From a virus (taxonomy: Duplodnaviria > Caudoviricetes): a stretch of 41,466 bases of DNA. Position 1 is the stretch's first letter, and every line of letters starts with the position of its first letter. Made by a program: the position numbers and the translations under genes. The notes beneath the pieces were generated by a model. That model did no database searches, had not been told where the DNA came from, and was given only the letters and a program-made list of their open reading frames with translations. The stretch is from positions 1 to 41,466 of the IMG/VR virus record IMGVR_UViG_3300046779_002061; one strand, given 5' to 3'. Below are positions 1 to 7,693 of the stretch, piece by piece.

Positions 1-36
1 GGTCATGGCGACGGCTGCAGAGATGGGGGCGAAGTG

Positions 37-372
37 ATGAATCTTCGATATGATTTGAATTGGCAATTACAACGTGCATTGCCAAAAAATCTGACGATTG
101 AGTATTTTTCGTTTGATTATCGTCCAGCATCACAGACATTATACGCAAAAGACAACCACTGGGTATATGGACGTGTATATCGCAACGGTGTCCATGGTGC
201 TATGCGCAATGTGGTCATCGACATGAAGAACCGCGCGGGCGAATGCTTTGAGTTTGATATCGGGATATGGAATTCTGAGCAATTGGTTTTGAATAGCTTT
301 CTGAAACTTCAACCCTATGACATTCAACAGCCCATTGCAGAAGTGATGCGTGAATTGGATTTGCTACCATGA
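37..372 (+). CDS. Hypothetical accessory protein, AT-richer, present in only one allele of this locus
   Basis: ATG at 37 overlaps upstream stop (TGATG); stop overlaps next ATG (ATGA); absent from the equivalent junction at 41203-41207. Confidence 0.8.
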   Translation: MNLRYDLNWQLQRALPKNLTIEYFSFDYRPASQTLYAKDNHWVYGRVYRNGVHGAMRNVVIDMKNRAGECFEFDIGIWNSEQLVLNSFLKLQPYDIQQPIAEVMRELDLLP

Positions 373-557
373 GAGCATCTGTACTCATCATTATCATTAT
401 GATTGTAGTAGCGTGGATGCTTGCCATCCCGCTACTCATCCTCATCGCACTCGATGCGATTATGCCGGGCACAATTGCTGTCAACCAGTGGTCGTACTTG
501 GGTATGCTGTTCATCCTGCTCATTGTGGGCGGGATGATGCGCCAAGGTGGGAAGTGA
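369..557 (+). CDS. Small membrane protein (two hydrophobic helices)
   Basis: 62 aa hydrophobic ORF; allelic copy at 41205-41393 with mostly synonymous or conservative changes. Confidence 0.85.
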   Translation: MRASVLIIIIMIVVAWMLAIPLLILIALDAIMPGTIAVNQWSYLGMLFILLIVGGMMRQGGK

Positions 558-630
558 TGCTCGACCTATCTACACTCAACATCCAACGCTGGCCTGATGA
601 GATTCCGCTTTGGGCAATTGATCGTGGCCC
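504..630 (+). repeat. 127-bp exact repeat of contig end (41340-41466); circular assembly overlap
   Basis: Base-by-base identity ATGCTGTTC...CGTGGCCC; preceding base differs. Confidence 0.95.
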
Positions 631-904
631 TGCACCGAAGTGGCTCCTACACGTGTGGCTAGTGTATCGCACCGACCTGCGATGGGTGGATGTCACGTTC
701 GAGAAGCCGAATGGTGCATACAGCACGTACGCGTGCATCATGTATCCAGATGGCACGTGTGAGAAGAAAGGTATCAGCCATCACGTCGCATGGCGCCTCG
801 ACAAAAAAGCGACATATCTGCAACCATGCACGTATCCGGGACAACTCAAGCCACTCGTGATTGATTTGCGAGAGCCCGAGGCTGTGCAGTGTGAGATGTT
901 TTAG
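557..904 (+). CDS. Hypothetical protein
   Basis: ATG overlaps upstream stop (TGATG); MLDLSTLN... 115 aa. Confidence 0.75.
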   Translation: MLDLSTLNIQRWPDEIPLWAIDRGPAPKWLLHVWLVYRTDLRWVDVTFEKPNGAYSTYACIMYPDGTCEKKGISHHVAWRLDKKATYLQPCTYPGQLKPLVIDLREPEAVQCEMF

Positions 905-913
905 GAGATTATC

Positions 914-1309
914 ATGCTTGAAACCGTATTAGTCTGGCTCTGCCTCCAAGGCAAGTGCATCCAAGTGACGCCGGAAGCCGTTGCCGTGGCCATGTGCGAA
1001 TCAGGTGATACCAAGACACTCGGCACCGGATCATGGACAATCACCAACGACAACAGCGACGGCTCGACCGACGGCGGTGCATGGCAAATTAACGATTATT
1101 GGGTGTGGTCGACCGATGATTTCTGGGTGATTCGACCGTTCGCCGCATCGCTCGGCATGGAGCCAATGGAGTTCCTGCACCGCTACCCATCACCGCAGGT
1201 CGCACCGCCCGCGATTCAGTACGCCATGTTTGAGTATCTGTGGGACGATGGCCGTGGTGCATGGCACTGGTCAGCGAGTGAACACTGCTGGGGCGAGGTG
1301 GTGCGATGA
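914..1309 (+). CDS. Lytic transglycosylase / lysozyme-like (SLT/Rpf-like) protein with hydrophobic N-terminus
   Basis: AVAMCESG (catalytic ES), STDGGAWQIN motif, C-terminal GAWHW; TAGGAG SD. Confidence 0.75.
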   Translation: MLETVLVWLCLQGKCIQVTPEAVAVAMCESGDTKTLGTGSWTITNDNSDGSTDGGAWQINDYWVWSTDDFWVIRPFAASLGMEPMEFLHRYPSPQVAPPAIQYAMFEYLWDDGRGAWHWSASEHCWGEVVR

Positions 1310-1560
1310 AAAAGCGCAAAGAGCCGATCATCATAGAGGGCGACATTCGAGGTACGGCGTATCGCCTTGCGGACTACGGTAAAACGACGACAAAGTTTTT
1401 GCATCTCGATGGTGCATGGTGCGAGATGTCAGATGATGGTTTGCCATATCAAGATAATCCAGCGCTCTTCATGACGCATCTTTCGAACCTTATTACGTTC
1501 ATGACATACAAGCCAAAGACCATGCAGCAGGTAACATTGTTCGATGAGGTGGTGCGATGA
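1306..1560 (+). CDS. Hypothetical protein
   Basis: ATGA-coupled ORF with GAGGTG SD. Confidence 0.75.
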   Translation: MKKRKEPIIIEGDIRGTAYRLADYGKTTTKFLHLDGAWCEMSDDGLPYQDNPALFMTHLSNLITFMTYKPKTMQQVTLFDEVVR

Positions 1561-1748
1561 AGAGAACGTACACCGAAGAGTTCATTCAGCAGATATTGCA
1601 GATGACCGAGACGATGCCAGTGATTAAGGTCGCCGTGCTGCACAACATCCGCGACGTGATGATTTACAAATGGATGAAGCAACGCGGCATCACTCCGCCA
1701 TGCATTCGCAGCGGCACACGGCGACGCAAGGGCGAGGTGGTGCGATGA
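1557..1748 (+). CDS. Small helix-turn-helix protein (resembles IS3 OrfA-type HTH)
   Basis: KRTYTEEF...VIKVAVLHNI...IYKWMKQ pattern. Confidence 0.6.
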   Translation: MKRTYTEEFIQQILQMTETMPVIKVAVLHNIRDVMIYKWMKQRGITPPCIRSGTRRRKGEVVR

Positions 1749-2026
1749 GTGACGTTATCACCACGAAGCGCATTGACGGGTATCGCCTCTCCATCGTGCT
1801 TGACAGTGTACGAGGTGGCTATCACTTCTATGATGTCCTGCTCGATGCAGCATTCAATGGCGAGCCATGCTGCATCGGGCAAATCACCTTTAGCCGTGCG
1901 CATGACCGTGAAGACCTTCAGCGCGCAACCGCAATGCTCGTAAGCAGCCTACAGGAAACCTTGACCGCACTCGTCAAGACGCTGCCAGATGCGGAGTCGG
2001 TGAAGAATGGAGTGCATGAGTTGTGA
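1745..2026 (+). CDS. Hypothetical protein, probable paralog of 2023-2301
   Basis: ATGA-coupled start MSDVITT; collinear similarity to next ORF. Confidence 0.7.
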   Translation: MSDVITTKRIDGYRLSIVLDSVRGGYHFYDVLLDAAFNGEPCCIGQITFSRAHDREDLQRATAMLVSSLQETLTALVKTLPDAESVKNGVHEL

Positions 2027-2301
2027 TTACAAAGCACACCACGACGTTCGTCATGTATACACTCACGGTTGAGCTTGAGGACACGCGCAACGGCTACCAG
2101 TATGGAGTATGGCTAAAGCGTGATGATGGTGAACACTTTTTCATTGATGAGAAAGTGTTTAAGCGCAAGCCAACTCGCGCTCAAATCGAGCGGTTGGCCA
2201 AAGAGATGGCATATCGATTAGATGCCGCCATTGGAGGCTTGGCTGCATGTATATCAAAGTCAGAACATGTAAAAGTAGAAGAGGAGAATGGATCATCATG
2301 A
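2023..2301 (+). CDS. Hypothetical protein, probable paralog of 1745-2026
   Basis: GTGA-coupled ORF. Confidence 0.7.
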   Translation: MITKHTTTFVMYTLTVELEDTRNGYQYGVWLKRDDGEHFFIDEKVFKRKPTRAQIERLAKEMAYRLDAAIGGLAACISKSEHVKVEEENGSS

Positions 2302-2888
2302 CTGAACGAATTTGCAGCAACTGGCGCCATGTGCCGGTATACATGCCGCAGCTTTGGGGGGAAATGGAAGCGAATTTCCACACGATACATTCGGAGCACG
2401 TGAAGCGCGTGCAGGCGAACATGAAGCTTCTCTCGCATCACTACTACACGCTACGCCATGAAGACCTTGCTGCTGAAATTATGCAACGCCACGATATCCA
2501 CGATTGGAGCAAGAAACGTGAGCCAGAGTATACACCGTACGTATGGCGCTACTGCCGCACGACGTGGCGAGCACAGGGTGAGCAGGACATGCGTGTAACG
2601 GCATTCATGGCCGATGAGAGTCTCCAGCGCGCTATCGATATGGCTATCCAGCATCATGTGCTCTACAATCCACACCACCCCGAGTATCATAGAACGCCTG
2701 ATGATATGACGGATGTCGATATCGCTGAGATGTGCTGCGACTGGTTCGCCATGAGCCAAGAGCACGGCACAAGCATCGATGACTGGATCGCCGAGGTTAT
2801 CCCAAGTCGATTCAAGTTTTATGTGTGCTATCCACACATCATTGAGACGTTCGATATCTTGAAGCGAGTCAATTATGCAGCTACATGA
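2298..2888 (+). CDS. HD-like phosphohydrolase (DUF5662-like)
   Basis: HDWSK...E, HH..NPHHPEY, M..VDIAEMCCDW.AMS motifs. Confidence 0.7.
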   Translation: MTERICSNWRHVPVYMPQLWGEMEANFHTIHSEHVKRVQANMKLLSHHYYTLRHEDLAAEIMQRHDIHDWSKKREPEYTPYVWRYCRTTWRAQGEQDMRVTAFMADESLQRAIDMAIQHHVLYNPHHPEYHRTPDDMTDVDIAEMCCDWFAMSQEHGTSIDDWIAEVIPSRFKFYVCYPHIIETFDILKRVNYAAT

Positions 2889-3159
2889 AATATCATTACA
2901 CGATATCAAGGGCCTCGAGTCATTTAGTGAGATATATCAATATGCAGATAAATTCGGTTACACGTGCAGGATTTCACACGATCGTCGGTCGCTTCGACTG
3001 ACAAGGAATGACCTTTGGCAATTTAGTGCAACCCTGACTCGTGCATTTGATGAAATGAATTTTGTGCGTAGGTATCTGATAGAAGGCGGATATAACGAAA
3101 ATCGTATCTATATACAGGCAATAAGTCGTCACGACATTGGTTGGTGGGATTGGATATGA
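2875..3159 (+). CDS. Hypothetical protein (AT-richer)
   Basis: 94 aa ORF filling the gap, coupled to next gene. Confidence 0.65.
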   Translation: MQLHEISLHDIKGLESFSEIYQYADKFGYTCRISHDRRSLRLTRNDLWQFSATLTRAFDEMNFVRRYLIEGGYNENRIYIQAISRHDIGWWDWI

Positions 3160-4184
3160 GAATCGTATGGCGTGATGAGTATCTCGACATCGTCACATCC
3201 AAGTGGCACAAAAAACCGCTCCCGCAAATTGCTGATGAAATCGGTATCGGCAAAACGACACTGTACCGCCACATCAAGCGCCTTGGGTTGACGCCACCAG
3301 CGATTGACACATCCGTAGCATCATCCGCATCGGCCAAGCGTCGCGCCTACCGTCGGCGACAATGGCGCATCGAGGAGGATGAGTACATCATCAAGTACTA
3401 CCATACCAAGTCGCCCAAGGCTATCGCACGCAAGCTCAAGCGCAGTGAGGCAAGTATATTCCACCGCGCGCATCGCATCGGTGCGACCTACGAGCCCGAG
3501 CGCCATCTCTTGCGACGGGATGAGGTGGCGCTTATGCTCGGCATACCCGTAGTGAATCTGGTCAAGCGCTACGCCGAAGATGCGGCATTCCCTATCCCAA
3601 TTGTCCGCAAGGGTCGATATATCCAGATAGACGAATTCGAGTTCCGTGAGTGGCTCAAGGCTGGCCATATTTTAGCCTTCGATCGCGCCAAGATTGCGCG
3701 TGAGCTATGGCGCATGTATGATGAGTGGGAAGCGAGGACTATCAGCAGTGCCGATGTGTATCGTGAGTGTCAGCCAATCGGGGAAGCGCTTCGGGGTGAT
3801 GGGCATCAGCTTCGGCTTGTCACTATCAAACCGATTAACCAGCACATCTACCTGAAGGATGAGATTTTCGAGTATGCATATCGATATGGCAATCGCATCG
3901 TGCCATGGTCATCGCCACGCTTTCTCGCCATCAAGGCGGCGTGGGATACGGAGTTCATTCTCAAGGCCGATGTGATTGCGCATGTTGGCGCTGGACTCTT
4001 TAGCAGGAAAGTGGCGCCACACCTCACTACGACAAACAAGTTCTACGCAAAGCGCATCGATGTATGTACAGCACTTCAGGCGCACGGCAAGCACGATCTC
4101 GCACGTGCGTTTCGAGAAGTGCCGATATCATGGCGGGAGATGATGGCAGATTATGAAAGGAAAAACCATGCCACTAAATCTTGA
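3156..4184 (+). CDS. Multi-HTH DNA-binding protein (paralog of 10357-11388)
   Basis: IADEIGIGKTTLYRHIKRLG and W..EEDEY...IARKLKRS HTH/Myb-like repeats. Confidence 0.7.
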   Translation: MRIVWRDEYLDIVTSKWHKKPLPQIADEIGIGKTTLYRHIKRLGLTPPAIDTSVASSASAKRRAYRRRQWRIEEDEYIIKYYHTKSPKAIARKLKRSEASIFHRAHRIGATYEPERHLLRRDEVALMLGIPVVNLVKRYAEDAAFPIPIVRKGRYIQIDEFEFREWLKAGHILAFDRAKIARELWRMYDEWEARTISSADVYRECQPIGEALRGDGHQLRLVTIKPINQHIYLKDEIFEYAYRYGNRIVPWSSPRFLAIKAAWDTEFILKADVIAHVGAGLFSRKVAPHLTTTNKFYAKRIDVCTALQAHGKHDLARAFREVPISWREMMADYERKNHATKS

Positions 4185-4932
4185 TGACAGGTTCGACGTT
4201 GACGGACAGCACGGATTTATCGTGTTCGAGAATCGTATGGAGCGCGATGCATCACTCACGGTCGCACGCGCCGCACGCACAAGCTACGGCAACGAGCACT
4301 CAGAGCGACCAGCGCAGGGCCTCATCACGAAGCTTGCCGATGAGCAGCACACAAGCCCATTTCGTCACTCGCCCATTAGCCTGACGGTACAGTGCCCCGA
4401 GTTCGTTGCGCGCCAATGGTATAAACACATCATTGGTGGCGAGTACACATTCAAGGACACGGGCTGGAATGAAATATCTGGTCGCTATATCGAGTACGAC
4501 AAAATCTACATACCACCAACGCTCTACCAAAAGGCACGCATCAGTAAGCTTGGGTCATCTGGCGATGCGCATGAGCGGTCTGCGCACTGGGTTGCCGAGA
4601 TGGAGCGATTGATGGACGAGAATGTAGTACTCTATCAGCTCATGGTTAGCGATGGCGTAGCTAAAGAACAAGCGCGGGCAGTCCTGCCGATGTCGTTCTA
4701 CACGCGCTTCACATGGACGGCATCAGAGCAAGCGCTGCATCACTTCTGCAAGCTTCGCACGGCGCCAGATGCACAGCGTGAGATTCGCGAGTATGCCGTG
4801 GTGATTGATCGCATCTGCAGTGGACACTATGGTACATCGTGGAAGGCCCTGACTGAGTCGAGTCAAAAGTGGATTCGTATTGATGACCCGAACTACATCA
4901 TCACGCGCAAAGAGGATATCGAGGGGAGCTAG
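4168..4932 (+). CDS. thyX: FAD-dependent thymidylate synthase
   Basis: ARAARTSY, HTSPFRH, FVARQW.KH, NEISGRY, GVAKEQARAVLP, LHHFCKLR...AQREIR. Confidence 0.93.
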   Translation: MPLNLDDRFDVDGQHGFIVFENRMERDASLTVARAARTSYGNEHSERPAQGLITKLADEQHTSPFRHSPISLTVQCPEFVARQWYKHIIGGEYTFKDTGWNEISGRYIEYDKIYIPPTLYQKARISKLGSSGDAHERSAHWVAEMERLMDENVVLYQLMVSDGVAKEQARAVLPMSFYTRFTWTASEQALHHFCKLRTAPDAQREIREYAVVIDRICSGHYGTSWKALTESSQKWIRIDDPNYIITRKEDIEGS

Positions 4933-4961
4933 TGTGTATATCGAGGGGAGCTAGTGTGTAT
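4916..4961 (+). repeat. 22-bp tandem duplication ATATCGAGGGGAGCTAGTGTGT x2
   Basis: Direct reading; spans thyX stop and SD of next gene. Confidence 0.9.
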
Positions 4962-5193
4962 GAATCATGACAGCGGCAGGCCAGACAGCGATACAATTAG
5001 TAGACTTTTAGACGATTTACAGAAGATGCGGGATGAATCTATCAGAGCATACTCGGTATTTTTTGCGAGCATCCCTGATGACTATATCCTATTCGATGGA
5101 CTAAAACATTCAAGCCTCGTGTACCTGCTACGCCTAGGCAAGCGCAAGCGAAAGGCGCGCCGCATTGTGCACTCACGTAAGGTTCGCGCATGA
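4960..5193 (+). CDS. Hypothetical protein
   Basis: GAGGGGAG SD; coupled to next gene by ATGA. Confidence 0.55.
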   Translation: MNHDSGRPDSDTISRLLDDLQKMRDESIRAYSVFFASIPDDYILFDGLKHSSLVYLLRLGKRKRKARRIVHSRKVRA

Positions 5194-5465
5194 TTACCAC
5201 GTCATCTAGTACACTCATTGAAGAGGCGGCAGCCTCTATGGTCATCGCATTGTGCGCATCATGGAGGCGAGGCGCACCAATATATACAATCGATGGCATG
5301 TGGGAAGCCATGATTGAAGAGCCACACCCAAGTGGCGGTACGGTGATATATCCAGTGCACTACAAGTGGCATTACCTCACGCCACACATCCAAGAGATTT
5401 ATCAGTACGCACGCACGATATATGGAGATACCCAACATGCCCAAACGCCAACCACAGAAAGCTAG
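5190..5465 (+). CDS. Hypothetical protein
   Basis: ATGA-coupled 91 aa ORF. Confidence 0.65.
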   Translation: MITTSSSTLIEEAAASMVIALCASWRRGAPIYTIDGMWEAMIEEPHPSGGTVIYPVHYKWHYLTPHIQEIYQYARTIYGDTQHAQTPTTES

Positions 5466-5718
5466 ACCACAGGCACCATTCGGCGATCGTACGTTCATCG
5501 CACGTGTGCCAGATACCCAATCCGACTACAAGGCCGATGTATACCGCACCGATTGGCAGGAAGTCGAGATAGAGTATCTCATCGATGGGCGCGTCATTGA
5601 CCGCGACGCTATCGCATTCCCCACAGCGGATGCGTGGGCGCGAGCGGGATATGCGACTCAAGAGCGGATTCATGCATGGTTTCGACGGCTCAAAAACTCA
5701 TCCGAAATTGGTCAATAA
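5437..5718 (+). CDS. Hypothetical protein
   Basis: GGAG SD before MPKRQ. Confidence 0.7.
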   Translation: MPKRQPQKARPQAPFGDRTFIARVPDTQSDYKADVYRTDWQEVEIEYLIDGRVIDRDAIAFPTADAWARAGYATQERIHAWFRRLKNSSEIGQ

Positions 5719-5724
5719 ATTCTC

Positions 5725-5753
5725 TTGACAAGTGTATTATAGTATATTATACT
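5725..5753 (+). promoter_or_regulatory. Strong sigma70-type promoter
   Basis: TTGACA (5725-5730)-17 bp-TATACT (5748-5753) in an AT-rich gap. Confidence 0.88.
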
Positions 5754-5805
5754 AGTGTCATGAGGTTCGACGAGTAACCTCCCGATGCTGAAGAGGAGCG
5801 CCGAT

Positions 5806-6159
5806 ATGAGCAAGCCAATGACAATCACCCCAGCCGCCATGATGACCATGATTGACGAGATTCACCAGAGCGTCACCGCTGTGAGCTGGAACACTGCTAG
5901 CGAAGTCGCTCAGACCGTCCGCGACAGCCTCCACGAGGACTGCACCAACGAGTACGGCGAGGCAGTGACCGATGCGATGATCATCGACGTGGTCAACTAC
6001 TGGATTGGCGTGAATCTCGGAATCATGGATGGCCAGCAAATGCGCGCTAATGCCAACGAGATGACCGCCGACCTCGCCGAGGAGCCAGAGGTCTACGGCG
6101 ACATCGCAGAGTACCGCTGGATTCGCGATATGTTCGCAGCCGTCGCCGATCGCGCGTAA
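5806..6159 (+). CDS. Acidic early hypothetical protein
   Basis: AGAGGAG SD; first gene after the promoter. Confidence 0.8.
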   Translation: MSKPMTITPAAMMTMIDEIHQSVTAVSWNTASEVAQTVRDSLHEDCTNEYGEAVTDAMIIDVVNYWIGVNLGIMDGQQMRANANEMTADLAEEPEVYGDIAEYRWIRDMFAAVADRA

Positions 6160-6228
6160 TCACGACGAAACGGGGTGAGCTCACCACTCACTCTGTCCGC
6201 TGGTGAGACCAGCGCTGATGAGTCGATT
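6158..6228 (+). ncRNA. Hammerhead ribozyme, type II (open stem II)
   Basis: Stem II CGAC(6163-66)/GTCG(6222-25); GAAA 6167-70; stem III 6171-79/6187-95; GUC cleavage triplet 6195-97; stem I CGCTGGT(6198-6204)/ACCAGCG(6208-14); CTGATGA core 6215-21; exactly fills an intergenic gap. Confidence 0.92.
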
Positions 6229-6245
6229 GTACTGAAGAGGAGTAC
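6229..6245 (+). promoter_or_regulatory. Leader hairpin GTACT-GAAGAGG-AGTAC containing the SD (also at 5787-5799 and 39992-40010)
   Basis: Three copies with identical loop and differing complementary stems, 4-6 nt before ATG. Confidence 0.75.
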
Positions 6246-6249
6246 CGCC

Positions 6250-6594
6250 ATGAAGACTAAAACCCCAGCCATCGGCCGATTCTACGCCCTGCAATACCTG
6301 ATTAGCTTGTCCTGTGAGCTCCGCTCACTCAACCCCGATAAGTGGGTTGGGAGTGTTCGCCAAGCGGGCTTCGACACCCTCGAGTTCCGCGTCTCCAAGA
6401 GCGATGGTGGTCGCTACTGGATTGGCGACGTGGTCATGGACGGCTTGACCATCGCTCGCTACATCAGCGGGGTTGATCTCCCAACGCCCGCAAAGGGCTT
6501 CGCAGATGCTCGTGCAGCCGTCGCCAAGCTTCTCGGCAACCGCGCGGTCAAAGTACGCCGCCCCGACATCGAGTGGGTCAAGGAGGTGCGGTAA
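6250..6594 (+). CDS. Early hypothetical protein downstream of the ribozyme
   Basis: AGAGGAG SD, MKTKTP start. Confidence 0.8.
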   Translation: MKTKTPAIGRFYALQYLISLSCELRSLNPDKWVGSVRQAGFDTLEFRVSKSDGGRYWIGDVVMDGLTIARYISGVDLPTPAKGFADARAAVAKLLGNRAVKVRRPDIEWVKEVR

Positions 6595-6803
6595 TGACGT
6601 ATCAAGTCCAGCAGGAGATCGCTTTGCGTGAGAAAGTGTTCGAGGTGATTACTCACATCCACGACTGCCACTTCGATGTCCGCACGGCCACGGCAGGAGA
6701 CACAATCGCCGCTATCAGAGACGAATGGAAGACCTGCCCGCTCACGATGGACCAGCTCGACTACTACCTCACCGAATGGGAAACGCAAAACCCGCTCCAC
6801 TAA
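6594..6803 (+). CDS. Early hypothetical protein
   Basis: AAGGAGGT SD; TAATG coupling. Confidence 0.75.
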   Translation: MTYQVQQEIALREKVFEVITHIHDCHFDVRTATAGDTIAAIRDEWKTCPLTMDQLDYYLTEWETQNPLH

Positions 6804-6816
6804 TCCAGACACACAG

Positions 6817-6847
6817 AACCCCCGGCCAATCGGTCGGGGGTTTCTCT
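6817..6847 (+). terminator. Intrinsic terminator, possibly bidirectional
   Basis: AACCCCCGGCC-AATC-GGTCGGGGGTT followed by TCTCT. Confidence 0.75.
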
Positions 6848-6871
6848 ATGTGCACGACATCCCCAAGGGCT

Positions 6872-7020
6872 GTGTGATGGCATACGTGCGTTACCGTTTA
6901 GCTGGCAAAGTCAGAGCGTTCTACTATGCAGTATGAAGTGCGTTACCATCAGGAGCCAATCCTACTCTCACGCACCGTCGAGGTTTTACGACATCTCCAT
7001 AGACTCTGCACGAATCACAC
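6872..7020. ncRNA. Candidate structured non-coding RNA
   Basis: Seven mutually compatible short helices in a ~400-bp gap lacking a convincing gene. Confidence 0.4.
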
Positions 7021-7206
7021 TTCGCTCATACATAGTATACCAGATACACGAATCCCCCTCGCGCCGTGTCACAGTACGCTGGGGGATTCGTGTACGCTGT
7101 TACCTATAGAACTAGGAGAACAATCTCATTGTACCATACTATGCAGAATCGTGCATATTGTGTACGATAGAGGCAGGACAGGTTTTTTTAGTGGAGTGCC
7201 CATGCC

Positions 7207-7425
7207 ATGAATCCAGATAGCTCAGAGTTTCGCGACCTCCGCGATACGGTCATCCGAATGCACGAAACACTCAAGCATCTCACCTCGCGCGTTGACGATA
7301 TCGTCCTTGACCTGAGAGTACGCATCGATAATCACGAGGATCGTCTCCGCGCAGTCGAGCGCAATATCTGGATGGGTATTGGTGGACTGGCAGTCCTCCA
7401 AATCGTTCTCCGCTATTTCATGTAG
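7207..7425 (+). CDS. Small coiled-coil protein with C-terminal TM helix (XhlA/holin-associated-like)
   Basis: DNHEDRLRAVERNIWMGIGGLAVLQIVL; heads the lysis cluster. Confidence 0.7.
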   Translation: MNPDSSEFRDLRDTVIRMHETLKHLTSRVDDIVLDLRVRIDNHEDRLRAVERNIWMGIGGLAVLQIVLRYFM

Positions 7426-7434
7426 GAGATGACC

Positions 7435-7692
7435 ATGGATATCACGACCAAAACACTCGCCATTGTGACCATTGTAAAAGTGCTCGTTGATATGACCAAG
7501 ATGGCAAACCCCACTCTCAAGCCATGGGTACCACCATTCACCTCAACCGTGTTCGGCATTATCACGGCCGTCCTGCTCGATCTCTCGGCAGGTGTGCCTA
7601 TCAACAGCCAAACGCTCGCCACCAGCGTGCTTGCAGGCATCCTTGCCGCAGGTGCAGCCGTCGGTGTCACCGAGCTACAGAAACGAGCCTAG
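7435..7692 (+). CDS. Holin
   Basis: Three hydrophobic segments, GILAAGAAVG motif, directly upstream of endolysin; alternative start 7429. Confidence 0.75.
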   Translation: MDITTKTLAIVTIVKVLVDMTKMANPTLKPWVPPFTSTVFGIITAVLLDLSAGVPINSQTLATSVLAGILAAGAAVGVTELQKRA

Positions 7693-7693
7693 C

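Larger units (their letters stand above)
1295..1748 (+). repeat. Three copies of 15-bp gene-junction motif GAGGTGGTGCGATGA (1295-1309, 1546-1560, 1734-1748)
   Basis: Exact repeats; each supplies SD, stop and next start; three consecutive proteins end EVVR. Confidence 0.9.

Noticed and set aside
369-503. DGR-like template/variable repeat pair with 41205-41339 (first seven mismatches are all at adenines of this copy)
   Set aside because: The remaining eight mismatches are non-adenine synonymous changes, no reverse transcriptase is recognisable, and the copies are best explained as alleles at the circular overlap
1295-1748. CRISPR-like array from the three 15-bp repeats
   Set aside because: Spacing of about 190-250 bp is filled by coding genes, repeats are too short, no cas genes
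1557-1748. IS3-family insertion sequence
   Set aside because: Only an HTH-like ORF; no DDE transposase or terminal inverted repeats
5788-5795. CTGAAGAG (also at 6232 and 39996) as further hammerhead cores
   Set aside because: No correctly placed GAAA, stem III or NUH found; the motif forms the SD hairpin instead
7127-7190. Late-promoter motif shared with 19722-19760 (ATTGTACCA...TAYGAT...GCAGG)
   Set aside because: Only two instances with different spacing; too weak to call
6926-7210. 94-aa ORF in the non-coding gap (and 6676-6936)
   Set aside because: No SD, atypical composition, crosses inverted repeats or the terminator
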